A stretch of DNA of 64,000 nucleotides from an uncultured Alphaproteobacteria bacterium (GCA_963748545.1 CAVVJO010000018.1:18535-82534), one strand, 5' to 3'. Shown: positions 39,956-49,428, numbered from the stretch's first letter. The notes: generated from the sequence alone by a model not told the origin. Made by a program: numbers and translations.

Positions 39956-40794
39956 CGGCGCACGCTCCGACCGACTTCGCCTCCTTCTGGCACGGCGGCC
40001 CGCTGCACGCCTTCGCCTGGGCCTGTCTCGCGTCCTTTCCCGACGAGGGCGCCGCGCTCAGCCTCTACAGCTATGACTCGCGGCTCGAGGTCCCCTCGGG
40101 CGTGCGGCTCCTCGACGCGCGAACGATCTGCCCGGACGAGACGCTCGTTCAGCGCTACCTCGCCAACGGCAAGCCGTCGATCGCCACCTTCGCCGACATG
40201 TTCCGCTACCGGATGATCCGGGAGACGGGCCAATGCTGGGTGGACACCGACCTCGTCTGCCTCGAGACGCCGGCGTTCGCCAAGGACGCGATCATCTTCT
40301 GCCGGCAGGCGGACGCCGTCAGTACGCTGCTCGTCAACAACGCCGTGCTGCGTTTGCCACGCTCCGAACCCGCGCTGGCCGAACTCGTCGCCACCGCGGA
40401 GGCCGCGGCCGGCGTGGACGGCCGCTGGGGGGCGCTCGGGCCGTTCCTGCTGACGCCGGTCTTGGAGAAGCACGGCCTCTACGCCAAGGCGTTCGAGCCG
40501 CGGGTCTGCTATCCGATCGAGCCCGAGCAATTCTGGAAGCCGTTCCTGCCGAGCTTTCGCGATGAGGTGGAGACAATCGTCGAGGGCGCGACCTTCCTGC
40601 ACCTGTGGAGCGAGGCGATCCGCTGGTGCGGCTTCGATTTCGGCGTTTGCCCGCCCGAAAACTCCTATCTCTGGGCGCGTTTTCGCAAGGTCGGGGCGCT
40701 CGGCCGGTTCACGCGAATGAGCGACGAGGACGAGGTCCGGCGCCTGATGGGCAAGGCGATCGCGGAATACGAACAGCGGCGGCGCGCGCGTTAG
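39952..40794 (+). CDS. glycosyltransferase (sugar-binding Gly_transf_sug/OCH1-like, DxD)
   Basis: Only the last 280 codons of track ORF 38680..40794 look real: FWHGGPL...FADMFRYRMIRETGQCWVDTDLVCL...LGPFLLTPVL. GTG at 39952 is coupled to the methyltransferase stop. Confidence 0.65.
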   Translation: MTAHAPTDFASFWHGGPLHAFAWACLASFPDEGAALSLYSYDSRLEVPSGVRLLDARTICPDETLVQRYLANGKPSIATFADMFRYRMIRETGQCWVDTDLVCLETPAFAKDAIIFCRQADAVSTLLVNNAVLRLPRSEPALAELVATAEAAAGVDGRWGALGPFLLTPVLEKHGLYAKAFEPRVCYPIEPEQFWKPFLPSFRDEVETIVEGATFLHLWSEAIRWCGFDFGVCPPENSYLWARFRKVGALGRFTRMSDEDEVRRLMGKAIAEYEQRRRAR

Positions 40795-40859
40795 GCCAGC
40801 GACAGGCGCGCGCGGATCGGCCTTCCATGGGCCTTAGGCTCCTCGCCCTGACCCTCTTC

Positions 40860-41651
40860 TTATCCAGCGTGGTGCTGCTTTTCGGAGGCCGCACGGTGTT
40901 TCGGAGGGTTGAAGAGCTGAAAATGACAGCAATGCATCTTGATCTCTTCGCTGCAATTGAAAATACCTACACCATACTTGTGTGCAAGAGACTGCGGCGG
41001 TCGTCGAAAAGCTCCCCTATGATCGGATATGTCAACGGCGTGACCGTCCAGATGATGCGAAACATAGTGTTTGTTTCCTTTGCGCGCCTCTTTTAATACG
41101 TCTACAATGTTTTCCTTCGTATACTGGTTGCTGTCGATCAAAGCTCTAAGTTTTGTTATGTAGTCTGGCGTTCCCTTCTTGCAGTACATCTCCAGTGTAT
41201 TTTTATTCATCTTGAGCATTGCTTCCGCCTGCTCTTCCTCGGTACGTTTTCCCGACGTGACGACCGCCGACCCGACGTGAGCTATAAGGTGAATAATCGC
41301 GTTCCTTAATCTCTCGTTGACTCCAGCAGGTTTGTATAGTTTGCTCAAATCGGAATCAGCAATATTCCAAAGCCCTTTGAACGTACCGCCGTTGGGCTCA
41401 ACGAGCCCATCGGGAACCGGGGTTCCCAGGATGTCCTTTTGAAAGGCAATGATCGCCTTTACGGTTTGCGACTGTAGAGGCGGTTTTTCAATCTTGCCGT
41501 TTATTCCGTGAGGATTCAGGTTGATGGCGTTGTTCAATGTTCGGGAGACTATCGCAAGCATCTCCTGAACCGTACTAACATCGGCAGGATTATTGATGGC
41601 CCCAGCTTGCCAGCTTCCAACTGTTCCTTTAATCGCCCAATGTCTGGCCAT
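40860..41651 (-). CDS. peptidoglycan-binding-like domain + VanY/M15-type (LAS) zinc peptidase, no signal peptide
   Basis: SD GGAG 8 nt upstream. N-terminal VSTVQEML...SQTVKAIIAFQKDILGTPVPDGLVEPNGGTFKGL (PG_binding_1-like). C-terminal TSGKRTEEEQAEAML...SHHLDGHAVDIS...MHCCHF (SxxR..E.Q / SxHxxGxAxD / H motifs). About 40% GC. Confidence 0.65.
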   Translation of the reverse strand: MARHWAIKGTVGSWQAGAINNPADVSTVQEMLAIVSRTLNNAINLNPHGINGKIEKPPLQSQTVKAIIAFQKDILGTPVPDGLVEPNGGTFKGLWNIADSDLSKLYKPAGVNERLRNAIIHLIAHVGSAVVTSGKRTEEEQAEAMLKMNKNTLEMYCKKGTPDYITKLRALIDSNQYTKENIVDVLKEARKGNKHYVSHHLDGHAVDISDHRGAFRRPPQSLAHKYGVGIFNCSEEIKMHCCHFQLFNPPKHRAASEKQHHAG

Positions 41652-41670
41652 GTAAACGCTCCATTATTCA

Positions 41671-41925
41671 ATGTACGTCCTCTTCAACAATCCCGACGAG
41701 CATAAAAGTTGCGCCGCTCTCCTTGAAAAATACGCTGAAGAGACTGCCGATGGAAGATGGAAAATAGGAATATACGGAAGGATTCTGGTATGGACGCGCA
41801 TTGAACTTAGCCTGCGCCAGTTGACGCCGGCCAACAGCGAGGCGAAAGTGAGGATCGCTCACATCCGCAATCCTCCCGGGCCCCGCGCTTCCGCCGCACC
41901 CCCGAGGGGGTCGCGGGCGGCTTAG
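41671..41925 (+). CDS. questionable small ORF adjacent to the peptidase gene (strand ambiguous)
   Basis: MYVLFNNPDEHKSCAALLEKYAEETADGRWKIGIYGRILVW... starts 19 nt from the divergent peptidase start. A competing minus-strand ORF (GTG ~41868 to stop 41668) ends 17 nt upstream of the peptidase ATG. Neither can be preferred from sequence alone. Confidence 0.2.
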   Translation: MYVLFNNPDEHKSCAALLEKYAEETADGRWKIGIYGRILVWTRIELSLRQLTPANSEAKVRIAHIRNPPGPRASAAPPRGSRAA

Positions 41926-41951
41926 GGGGTCGCCGAGCGTTGAGGGGGTCG
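41905..41951. repeat. three direct copies of AGGGGGTCG at 19-nt spacing
   Basis: Copies at 41905-41913, 41924-41932 and 41943-41951. The last ends 2 nt before the ATG of the DUF2865 gene. Confidence 0.8.
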
Positions 41952-41953
41952 AC

Positions 41954-42890
41954 ATGAATGGACAGCCGGCGACGGAGGTCATCGGGACAGCGCTTGACGC
42001 CGGATGTGGGCGTCGCCTGAAGCCGCCTGCGGCTCGCCGCCGTTGGCTCCTGGCGGTTGTTCTTGCGCTTTTCACCCTGCCGCTCGCCGACGGCGGGGCG
42101 CTCGCGCAGTGCGCGCGATGCGGCCAAACGAACATGGGCGCGACCATCGCCGCTCCCGCCCCCGTTGTCGCCGCCCCCCGAAGAACCGTGGTTGCCCATC
42201 TCTGGAGCGGGTCCGACACGCAGACCTCGCATCATGGCGCGGCGAGACCAGCGTCGAGCGGGGGCGGCAGCGCCGTCGCCATTTGCGTCCGCACCTGTGA
42301 CGGCTCTTTTTTTCCGGCATCCTATGCGAGCGAGGCGAGCCGGGCCAAGTCGCTGGCGGACGTCTGCCGGTCGCTCTGTCCCAACGCCGAAGTGGCCCCC
42401 TATTCGTTTCCGTTCGGGGGTACGATCGATCAGGCCGTCTCGACGACGGGCGAACCGTATAATCGTCTGCCGAACGCGCATAAGTTCGAGCAAGCGTTCG
42501 AACTCGAGCTGCTCATGCCGCGCGCCGGGGCAAAGCTGGGCCGAAGCGCTCGCCGCCGCCGAGGCCAAATACCGGCGCCCTTCGAGGGACACCCTCGTCA
42601 CCGCTGCGGAGGCGGAGCGGATGTCGCGGCCCGTCGAGGCGGCAAAGCCGGCGCCGGCGATTGCCGCTGAGCCCGGTCCTACGGCTCAGGTCGATCCGGA
42701 CCTCGACGTCAACGGCGTCGACACGGTCCTGACCGCCGCGGTCAAGACGATCAGCCGCGAGGCTTCAGGCGTCCGCGACCAGGACCCGGAACGCCCCATG
42801 AGCTTCGGGCTCAAACAGGGTCACACGATCGAAGAGACGGATTCTGAGGGAGCGGTCCGCAAGGTGCGGGTTCTGCCGACCTCGTTCTGA
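41954..42890 (+). CDS. DUF2865 domain secreted Cys-rich protein, frame break near 42500
   Basis: Signal/TM segment WLLAVVLALFTLPLA. VAICVRTCDGSFFPASY...ADVCRSLCPNAEVAPYSF...YNRLPNAHKFEQAF, then after the shift NSSCSCRAPGQSWAEALAAAEAKY... (track ORFs 41954..42670 and 42057..42890). Confidence 0.75.
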
Positions 42891-43528
42891 GCCCCTTTCG
42901 CCGGCCAGCTCCCTCATCCGTCCTGGCCTGGGCTCGACCCGGACATCCACGAGACAGAGGGGCGTCAAGCTTAGCCCCATGAGCCCGGCCCTTGTGGGGC
43001 GGGTGGCGCTATGCCTCGAAAAGTTCTTGCAGATAATCAGTACATTGTGTACATTGAATAATGGAATTCAGAGCGACAATCGGCAAGGCGTCAGTTCGCG
43101 CCGGCTTGCTCGATCGCCGGCCTCGCGGAAGATGCGGGCGAACGAAGCCAAGGCCTTGAAAAGGCTGAAAACGGCAATGGGAGGGCCTTGTCAGGAGTTG
43201 GCATGGATTGGGGTCGGCGAGGCGCCGACTTGGCGCCCGGCCGCTGTGGGGCGGGGATCGTTCACCCGTGCGAGGGGTCGGCGCAGGCGGCGTTCGCCGG
43301 TCTCGGGACCTTGAATCCAGCGCGAGAAAGCCGCCGCAACCTACTGAAAACGCTCGGTTATTGACTGAAATTACGCGGATTTCTTGACCCCGGCCTATGC
43401 AATGCGGGCGCGGCCCTACTCGCTGCGCCTCGGTGAAAAAAGTGACAGCTTTGTGCGCTTAACCGTTTGCAATCGCTAGGCCCAAGCCAACGCTGCGCGG
43501 ACCCACCGTGCGGCTCGGCCTCCGCATC

Positions 43529-45190
43529 TCACAGCTGCTGGATCGTCGGCGTCAGCACCGAGACCTTGGACCGCTTCTGCCGATTGCGCTTCGGCGCGAC
43601 CGAAAAATTCGCCTTCAGGGGCTCCTTCAGGAACTTGTGGGCCTCCGCCTCGGCGATCTGGTCGGCCTTGGTCACCCTTGCGCGCAGGTGCTTGAGTTCG
43701 AGCAGCGACTGGATCAGGAACGTCTCGACCACCCTTCCGGCTTCGCCTGTGTCCTCGAACACGTTCCAGGCGAAGGCGCCGTCCCGCTTCCGCTCGAACC
43801 CGATCTCCTGCATCGCGGAGAGGAAGTCCGCCCGATCCTTGGGGTCGATCTTGTACTCGACCGTGACCAGAACCGGACCCTGGTCGTCGTCGACCGGCTG
43901 GACGAAGGTCCGGTCGCGCCAGTGCAGCGAGGGCGAGAGGTCGAGCGCTGCCGCCGTCTGGAGCTTGCGGCTCGAGGTCACGATCATGGCGAGGAAGGCG
44001 CCGGCGGCGGCGACATAGAGCGTGTCCGACAGACCCCAGAGACTCGCAACCTTGCCCCAGACGGCGCTGCCGATCGTCATCGCGCCGAAATAGGCGGTGA
44101 GCAGGATCGCCATGCCCCGCCCACGCACCCAGTCCGGAAGCGCCACTTGCGCCGACACGAACAGGGTCGTCATCATGATGGTCCAGGACGCGCCGGCGAG
44201 GAAGCTCGCCCCCAACGCGAGCCCGAGGCCGTGGGCCGCCCCGTACATCGCGAGCGCCGCGATGGTGCCGATCGACGCCAGCGCCGCCAGCCGATCCGGG
44301 CCGAGCCGCTCCTTCAGCCAGTTGAGGGCGAGCGAGCCGATAATCGACCCAAACCCGATCATGCCGAGGAGAATGCCGTAGGTGGCGGCGCCGTTATGCA
44401 TCTGGCTGCGCGCCACCAGCGGCAGGAGCGCCCAGTAGGCGCTTCCGAACAGGAAAAACGCGACGGCGCGGATCAGGGTTCCGTCCATGTCCCGGTTATG
44501 GCGGACATAGCGGAGCCCAGTGATCACGGCGCTGGTGAACCGCTCAGCCGGCAGCGTCTCCTTGATCCTGCGCGGCGCCCGCCACCAGACGACCGCGGCG
44601 ACGACCGCCAGATTGCCGGCCGCATAGCACCAAAACGGGACGTCGATGCTGAGGGCCGCGATCGCAAGGCCGCCCAGCGCCGGGCCGATCGCGCGACTGA
44701 CGCTGTAGGACGCATTGTTGACCGCGATGGCGCTGTCGAGGTCGTCCTTCGGCACGAGCTTCGGCGTGACCAGTTGCCAGACCGGGGCCGCGAGCGCGCC
44801 GCCCGCGCCGAGCGCAAACGTGGTCAGAAGAAGGTTCTCCGGCGATGCGAAGCCCCCCGTCACCACCAGGGCGAACACGATCGAGATCGCACCCACCGCA
44901 GCCTGTGCGCCGATCAGAAGCCGGCGCAAGTCGACGATGTCGGCGAGCGCCCCCGCAGGCACCGTGAGCAGGAACATCGGCGCCATGGTCGCGACCTGAA
45001 CCGCCGAAACCATCATCGGATCGGGATTGAGATTGGTCATCAGCCAGCTCATCGACGTGTCGAACATCGCGATGCCGACGTTCGAAAGGGAGCTCGCAAT
45101 CAGGATGACCGTAAACGCGAGGTTGCCGAAGACGCCCCATCGCGATCGCCCACCGGGGAGCGGCTGCGATCCGATGCTGGACTGGCTGGT
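43529..45190 (-). CDS. MFS transporter (MFS_3/EntS-like) fused to a C-terminal ABM/Dabb-like domain
   Basis: 12-TM core (FLLTVPAGALADIVDLRRLL...). About 110-aa tail PVLVTVEYKIDPKDRADFLSAMQEIGFERKRDGAFAWNVFEDTGEAGRVVETFLIQSLLELKHLRARVT. The start is uncertain; TTG at 45190 was chosen by comparison with the paralogue. Confidence 0.8.
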   Translation of the reverse strand, partial: TSQSSIGSQPLPGGRSRWGVFGNLAFTVILIASSLSNVGIAMFDTSMSWLMTNLNPDPMMVSAVQVATMAPMFLLTVPAGALADIVDLRRLLIGAQAAVGAISIVFALVVTGGFASPENLLLTTFALGAGGALAAPVWQLVTPKLVPKDDLDSAIAVNNASYSVSRAIGPALGGLAIAALSIDVPFWCYAAGNLAVVAAVVWWRAPRRIKETLPAERFTSAVITGLRYVRHNRDMDGTLIRAVAFFLFGSAYWALLPLVARSQMHNGAATYGILLGMIGFGSIIGSLALNWLKERLGPDRLAALASIGTIAALAMYGAAHGLGLALGASFLAGASWTIMMTTLFVSAQVALPDWVRGRGMAILLTAYFGAMTIGSAVWGKVASLWGLSDTLYVAAAGAFLAMIVTSSRKLQTAAALDLSPSLHWRDRTFVQPVDDDQGPVLVTVEYKIDPKDRADFLSAMQEIGFERKRDGAFAWNVFEDTGEAGRVVETFLIQSLLELKHLRARVTKADQIAEAEAHKFLKEPLKANFSVAPKRNRQKRSKVSVLTPTIQQL

Positions 45191-45478
45191 CAATCGGCGC
45201 TCCGCCCGCTCGACCGCGTGGGGAGCGGTCGGGCCCCCGAGATGGCAGGGCGGCGTCTCGATTTCAAGTCGGCTCGGCTGGATCAGGCGAAGAAGGCGGA
45301 GCGGCGCGGCGCGCCGCGGCGATCGGCCCAATGGCGGGACGCCGCCGACGCCGCTATAACGCGCGCGGCAAGCTCCGAATGGAACATTCCCTGCGGGGAA
45401 GCGCTCCAGCATACGGGAACAGGACGACCGGGTTCTCCATGCGGTTTTCCCGGGCCTAGACCAGTTTGAGAGGACGAT

Positions 45479-46303
45479 TTGACCCTGTCGACCCTGATGG
45501 TCTGCCTCCGGGTCGACCGCTCCAACGCCCAGCTTCTGGCGGTCGCGGCCGACCTCGCCAAGCGGTTCGGATCGCACATCGTCGGCATCGCGGCCCGTCA
45601 GGTTTCTGCGCCCTCCATGCGCGGTGCGGGTCCGTTCGAGCCGACCAGCCACGACATGCACAAGTTCGCCGAGCAGGCGGCCGCCGCCGAGCGCGAGTTC
45701 TACGCCGTCCTGTCCGGTTTCGGCGCCCTGGATTGGCGGATGCATATGACCTTAGGACCGGCCTATGAGCATATCGCCGACGAAGCCCGCTGCGCCGATC
45801 TCGTGCTGGCCTCCGCCGACGCCCACGAAAGGACGTTGTTTTCGTCCGGGCATGCCGAGGTCGGCGATCTTCTGATGCGCCTTGGGCGACCGATCCTGAC
45901 CGCCCCGGCGAGCGCGAACGGTTTCGCCTTCGGTCAAGCCCTAGCCTGCTTCAAGGAGGTGCGTGAAGCGCGCCGCGCCCTGGCGGACGCCCTGCCGGTG
46001 CTTCGGGCCATGAAACGCGTGATGGTGGTGGAGATCGTCGAATTCGGGACCCTTGAGGCCGGCCGCCATCGGCTGAGCGATGTCGCCGCCTGGCTCTCCC
46101 GGCACGGGATCGTCGCAGCTTACGACGCTATACCCGCCAACGGCGCCGTAGGCCGCCAACTCGCCAGGCTTGCTCAGGAGCTCGAGGCCGATCTTATCGT
46201 CGCCGGCGCGTACGGCCACAGCCGCCTGCGGGAGTGGGCGTTCGGCGGCGTCACCCAGGACCTCCTCCTGCGCAGCGACCGCTGCGTCCTCTCGTCGCAT
46301 TAG
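45479..46303 (+). CDS. universal stress protein, tandem Usp domains
   Basis: 274 aa, TTG start with SD GAGAGGA. C-terminal domain ends ADLIVAGAYGHSRLREWAFGGVTQDLL, the USP ATP-binding-type motif. Confidence 0.8.
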   Translation: MTLSTLMVCLRVDRSNAQLLAVAADLAKRFGSHIVGIAARQVSAPSMRGAGPFEPTSHDMHKFAEQAAAAEREFYAVLSGFGALDWRMHMTLGPAYEHIADEARCADLVLASADAHERTLFSSGHAEVGDLLMRLGRPILTAPASANGFAFGQALACFKEVREARRALADALPVLRAMKRVMVVEIVEFGTLEAGRHRLSDVAAWLSRHGIVAAYDAIPANGAVGRQLARLAQELEADLIVAGAYGHSRLREWAFGGVTQDLLLRSDRCVLSSH

Positions 46304-46324
46304 ACGCAGACGGACCCGAAACGC

Positions 46325-47969
46325 ATGGATCCGTCTAGTCCCGAGTCGCCCGACGCCGAGCCAAAGGCGTGGCTTGGCGTCTTCGCGCATTACAACTTCG
46401 CCATCGTCTGGCTGGCGAGCACCTTCGCTCTGGTCGGAATCTCAATGTACGACACGGCGTCGGGATGGCTGATGACCACCCTCGCTCTCGATCCGCTCGA
46501 CGTGTCTCTGGTGCACGCCGCGACCAGTCTGCCAATGTTCCTGTTCACCCTCCCGGCTGGAGCGCTCGCGGACATTGTCGACCCGCGCAGGCTGATCCTC
46601 TACATCTCCTGCGGAATCGCCCTGCTGATCGTCGTCTTCGCCGGCGTGGTGTCGTTAGGCTTGGCCTCCCCCCTTTCCCTGCTCCTGACGACGTTCCTGC
46701 TCAGCGCCGCATGGTCGGTGAATGCGCCGGCCTGGCTTGCGATCTTGCCGGCGCTCGTCCCGAAATCGGACCTTGCGGGAGCGATCGCGGCCAACGGCGT
46801 CGCCTACAATCTCAGCCGCACGATCGGGCCGGCCGTCGGCGGCCTGGCGATCGTGCGTTACGGGGTGTCGGCCCCGTTCTGGGCGTTCGCGGCGGCCAAC
46901 CTCGTCGTCATCGCCGCCCTCTTGTGGTGGCGCGCTCCGGCCAAGCAGACTGCTTCCCTTCCGGCCGAACGTCTGACCGGGGCGGTTCGGACGGGGCTGC
47001 GGCACGCCGTCAACAACCGGCTTTTCCGCGCAACCCTCATGCGGACCCTGGCGGTCTACCCGTTCGCGGCGGCCTACATGGGCCTCATGCCGCTAATCGC
47101 CCGTGGGTCCGGAGAGGGCGCCGAGAATTACGGCCTGCTTCTCAGCATGATCAGCGCCGGAGCGCTTGTCGGATCGCTCGGCCTCCGATTCCTACGCCGG
47201 TTCATCAACCTCGACTGGATGGTGGCGCTCGGATCGCTTGGGACGGCCGTAACGCTCGTGCTGTTCGGTTCGAAGTCACGCCTTCACCGTCCTGCTCGGC
47301 GCGTCGTTCCTGGCCGGCGCCTCGTGGGTCGTCGTCCTGACGAGCCTCTCCGTCTCGGCCCAGAACGTGCTGCCGCAATGGGTCCGGGGCCGCGGCCTCG
47401 CGATCTTTCTCACCGTCATCTTCGGCGCGGTCGCCCTCGCCAGCGCGGCCTGGGGACAGGCGGCGGCGAAGTTCGGCGTCGATCATGCGCTGATCGCCGC
47501 CGCCGCTGGCGTGCTTCTTGCAATCCCGCTGACCTGGCCGTGGAAACTGCATGACGCCGAAGCGATCGATCTGACCCCCTCCCTCCACTACAGACTGCCT
47601 CGCGCCACGGAAGAGATTGCGGACGATCGCGGACCCGTGCTGGTCAAGATCGAGTACCTGATCGATCCCAAGGATCGAGACCGCTTTCTGAGCGCAGTCG
47701 ACGAGCTTGGCGAGCAGCGCAGGCGGGACGGGGCGTTCGCATGGGGAGTGTTCGAGGACATGGCGACGTTCGGCCGGTTCGAGGAAGCCTACTTGATCGA
47801 ATCCTGGCTCGAGCTCATGCACTTTCGCGAGCAAGTCACAAAGGACGACCGCCAGATCGAGGATGAAATCGGAACCATGCTGACGCAGCCGCCGCATATC
47901 GAGTTTCTCGTCGCGTCCGAGCGCGAGCTGCTGCGCCGACGGGCGCGCGACGCCTCCGTCGGAGCCTGA
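46325..47969 (+). CDS. MFS transporter + ABM/Dabb-like C-terminal domain (paralogue of 43529..45190), frame break near 47277
   Basis: Track ORF 46325..47554 carries TM1-9. The frame of ORF 47367..47969 extends upstream as HAFTVLLGASFLAGASWVVVLTSLSVSAQNVLPQWVRGRGLAIFL...PVLVKIEYLIDPKDRDRFLSAVDELGEQRRRDGAFAWGVFED. Confidence 0.8.
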
Positions 47970-47975
47970 TCCGCG

Positions 47976-48560
47976 GTGCGCGTCCTCGTCGTCTACGCTC
48001 ATCCGCTGGAAACGAGCTTCCTCGCAGCGGTCCACGGCCGGATCGTTCGGGCGCTCGGCGCCGCAGGCCATGAGGTTGACGACCTCGACCTTTACGCGGA
48101 GCGGTTCGATCCCGTCCTCACCGCCAGTCAGATGCGCGCTTACGTCGATACGACCGCCAACACGCGCGAGGTCGAGGCGTATGTGGCGCGGCTGCGCGCC
48201 GCCCAGGCGCTCGTGCTGGTGTTTCCGGTCTGGTTCGACGGTCTGCCGGCGATCTTGCAGGGTTTCTTCCAGCGGGTGTTCCTGCCGGGAGTCGCGACCG
48301 TCATCGACGCCGACAAGCTCTTCCACCCCAATCTGATGAACCTCAAGCGGATGGCGACGGCGTGCGCCTACGGCGAACGCCCATCGGCCGTGGCGGTGAA
48401 GCACGATCCGCCGCGACGCTTTGTGCGCGACAACATCGGCGTGTTGATCGATCCCGAGGGTCGGTTCGACTATTACGCGATCTACGGCATGGACTTCTCG
48501 ACCGCGCCGCGCCGCGCGGCCTTTCTCCGCCGGATTGAGCGCGCGTTCGCCGCATGGTGA
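47976..48560 (+). CDS. NAD(P)H dehydrogenase (quinone)-like, flavodoxin-like fold protein
   Basis: MRVLVVYAHPLETSFLAAVHGRIVRALGAAGHEVDDLDLYAERFDPVL...LVLVFPVWFDGLPAILQGFFQRVF (Flavodoxin_2 pattern). GTG start. Confidence 0.8.
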   Translation: MRVLVVYAHPLETSFLAAVHGRIVRALGAAGHEVDDLDLYAERFDPVLTASQMRAYVDTTANTREVEAYVARLRAAQALVLVFPVWFDGLPAILQGFFQRVFLPGVATVIDADKLFHPNLMNLKRMATACAYGERPSAVAVKHDPPRRFVRDNIGVLIDPEGRFDYYAIYGMDFSTAPRRAAFLRRIERAFAAW

Positions 48561-48910
48561 GCGCCGGGGTCCGCGGTCCTCACAGGCGACGATCGCCCGC
48601 GCCATGAGTTCGATGGGCGCGTCGAGACCCAAAACCACCGAACGACCGGTTCCCTGCAAGCGTTAAGATGCGGCCTGTTTCGGGGCGCGAACTGAACCCT
48701 TCGCTCCCCCAACCCGCGTGTCGCATCTCTGACTTCCCGGCGCGTGCGTTTGCACACCGCGCGCGGAACCTTTTCGAACGCTGACCTCGCAACAAATCTC
48801 GCGCCGCGCGTTGCAGGATCGGAGGCGGCCCGCTTGCCAACGTTAGCAAGCCCCAACGCAGCGCCGCAGCCGAATGGCGCCGGGACCCGCAGAAATCTTG
48901 CGCTGGGGAG

Positions 48911-48935
48911 GAACCATCCGCCCTTTCAGCGGTTG
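48911..48935 (+). promoter_or_regulatory. candidate EcfG-type (general stress response) promoter
   Basis: GGAAC (48911-48915) followed 15-16 nt later by CGGTT (48931-48935), about 35 nt upstream of the CsbD/DUF883 gene. This is a near match to the alphaproteobacterial GGAAC-N16-17-CGTT consensus. Confidence 0.35.
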
Positions 48936-48971
48936 CCTTGTACGCGGTCAACTGACCAAGGAGAGATTCAA

Positions 48972-49424
48972 ATGAACAAAGACACTCTGGAAGGCAATGT
49001 TCGCTCCGTCGTAGGGCAAGGCGAAAAGATTTGGGGCGAAGCGACCAACGACAAGGGAACGACGGCCCAGGGCATTTACGACGATGCGGCTGGGAAGGCA
49101 CGCTCGGCCTATGGCAGCGCGAAGGACGCGGTGAGCAGCGGGGCTGACGCGATTTCGTCACTCGATTTCTCCGGATTAAAGGATGAGATTGCGCGGCTGA
49201 CCCAACAGGTGTCGGCGCTCGCCCAGAACCAGGTCTCTGTCGGTCGAGATCAGGTGGTCAGCGCGATGGGCGCGGCTCAGGACACCTTGTCTCAATCCGC
49301 CGCTACGGCGCAGGACAAGTTTGCCGACGTGCAGGGCGACGTCGAGTCCCGCATCAAGAAAAACCCTTGGGGCGCCGTCGCGGTCGCGGGCCTGATCGGG
49401 CTGCTCGTCGGAAAGATGAGCTAA
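48972..49424 (+). CDS. CsbD-like + DUF883 (ElaB/YqjD-like) membrane-anchored stress protein
   Basis: SD AAGGAGA. MNKDTLEGNVRSVVGQGEKIWGEATNDKGTTAQGIYDDAAGKA (CsbD). C-terminal IKKNPWGAVAVAGLIGLLVGKM (DUF883 anchor). Confidence 0.8.
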   Translation: MNKDTLEGNVRSVVGQGEKIWGEATNDKGTTAQGIYDDAAGKARSAYGSAKDAVSSGADAISSLDFSGLKDEIARLTQQVSALAQNQVSVGRDQVVSAMGAAQDTLSQSAATAQDKFADVQGDVESRIKKNPWGAVAVAGLIGLLVGKMS

Positions 49425-49428
49425 ACCG

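Noticed and set aside
38680-40794. 704-aa track ORF spanning three loci.
   Set aside because: Only the last 280 codons (from GTG 39952) read as a protein, a glycosyltransferase. The upstream part overlaps the DUF4239 gene antisense and the methyltransferase gene in another frame.
41668-41868. Minus-strand small ORF (GTG ~41868; ...PYQNPSVYSYFPSSIGSLFSVFFKESGATFMLVGIVEEDVH*) as the definite immunity partner of the M15 peptidase.
   Set aside because: It competes with the plus-strand ORF 41671..41925 over the same DNA. It has no ATG, no clear SD and no recognisable fold, so the strand cannot be decided from sequence alone.
42979-43314. 111-aa track ORF in the long intergenic region.
   Set aside because: It has an Arg-rich, low-complexity C-terminal half, no SD and no domain. 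It spans a compositional shift and is more likely non-coding.
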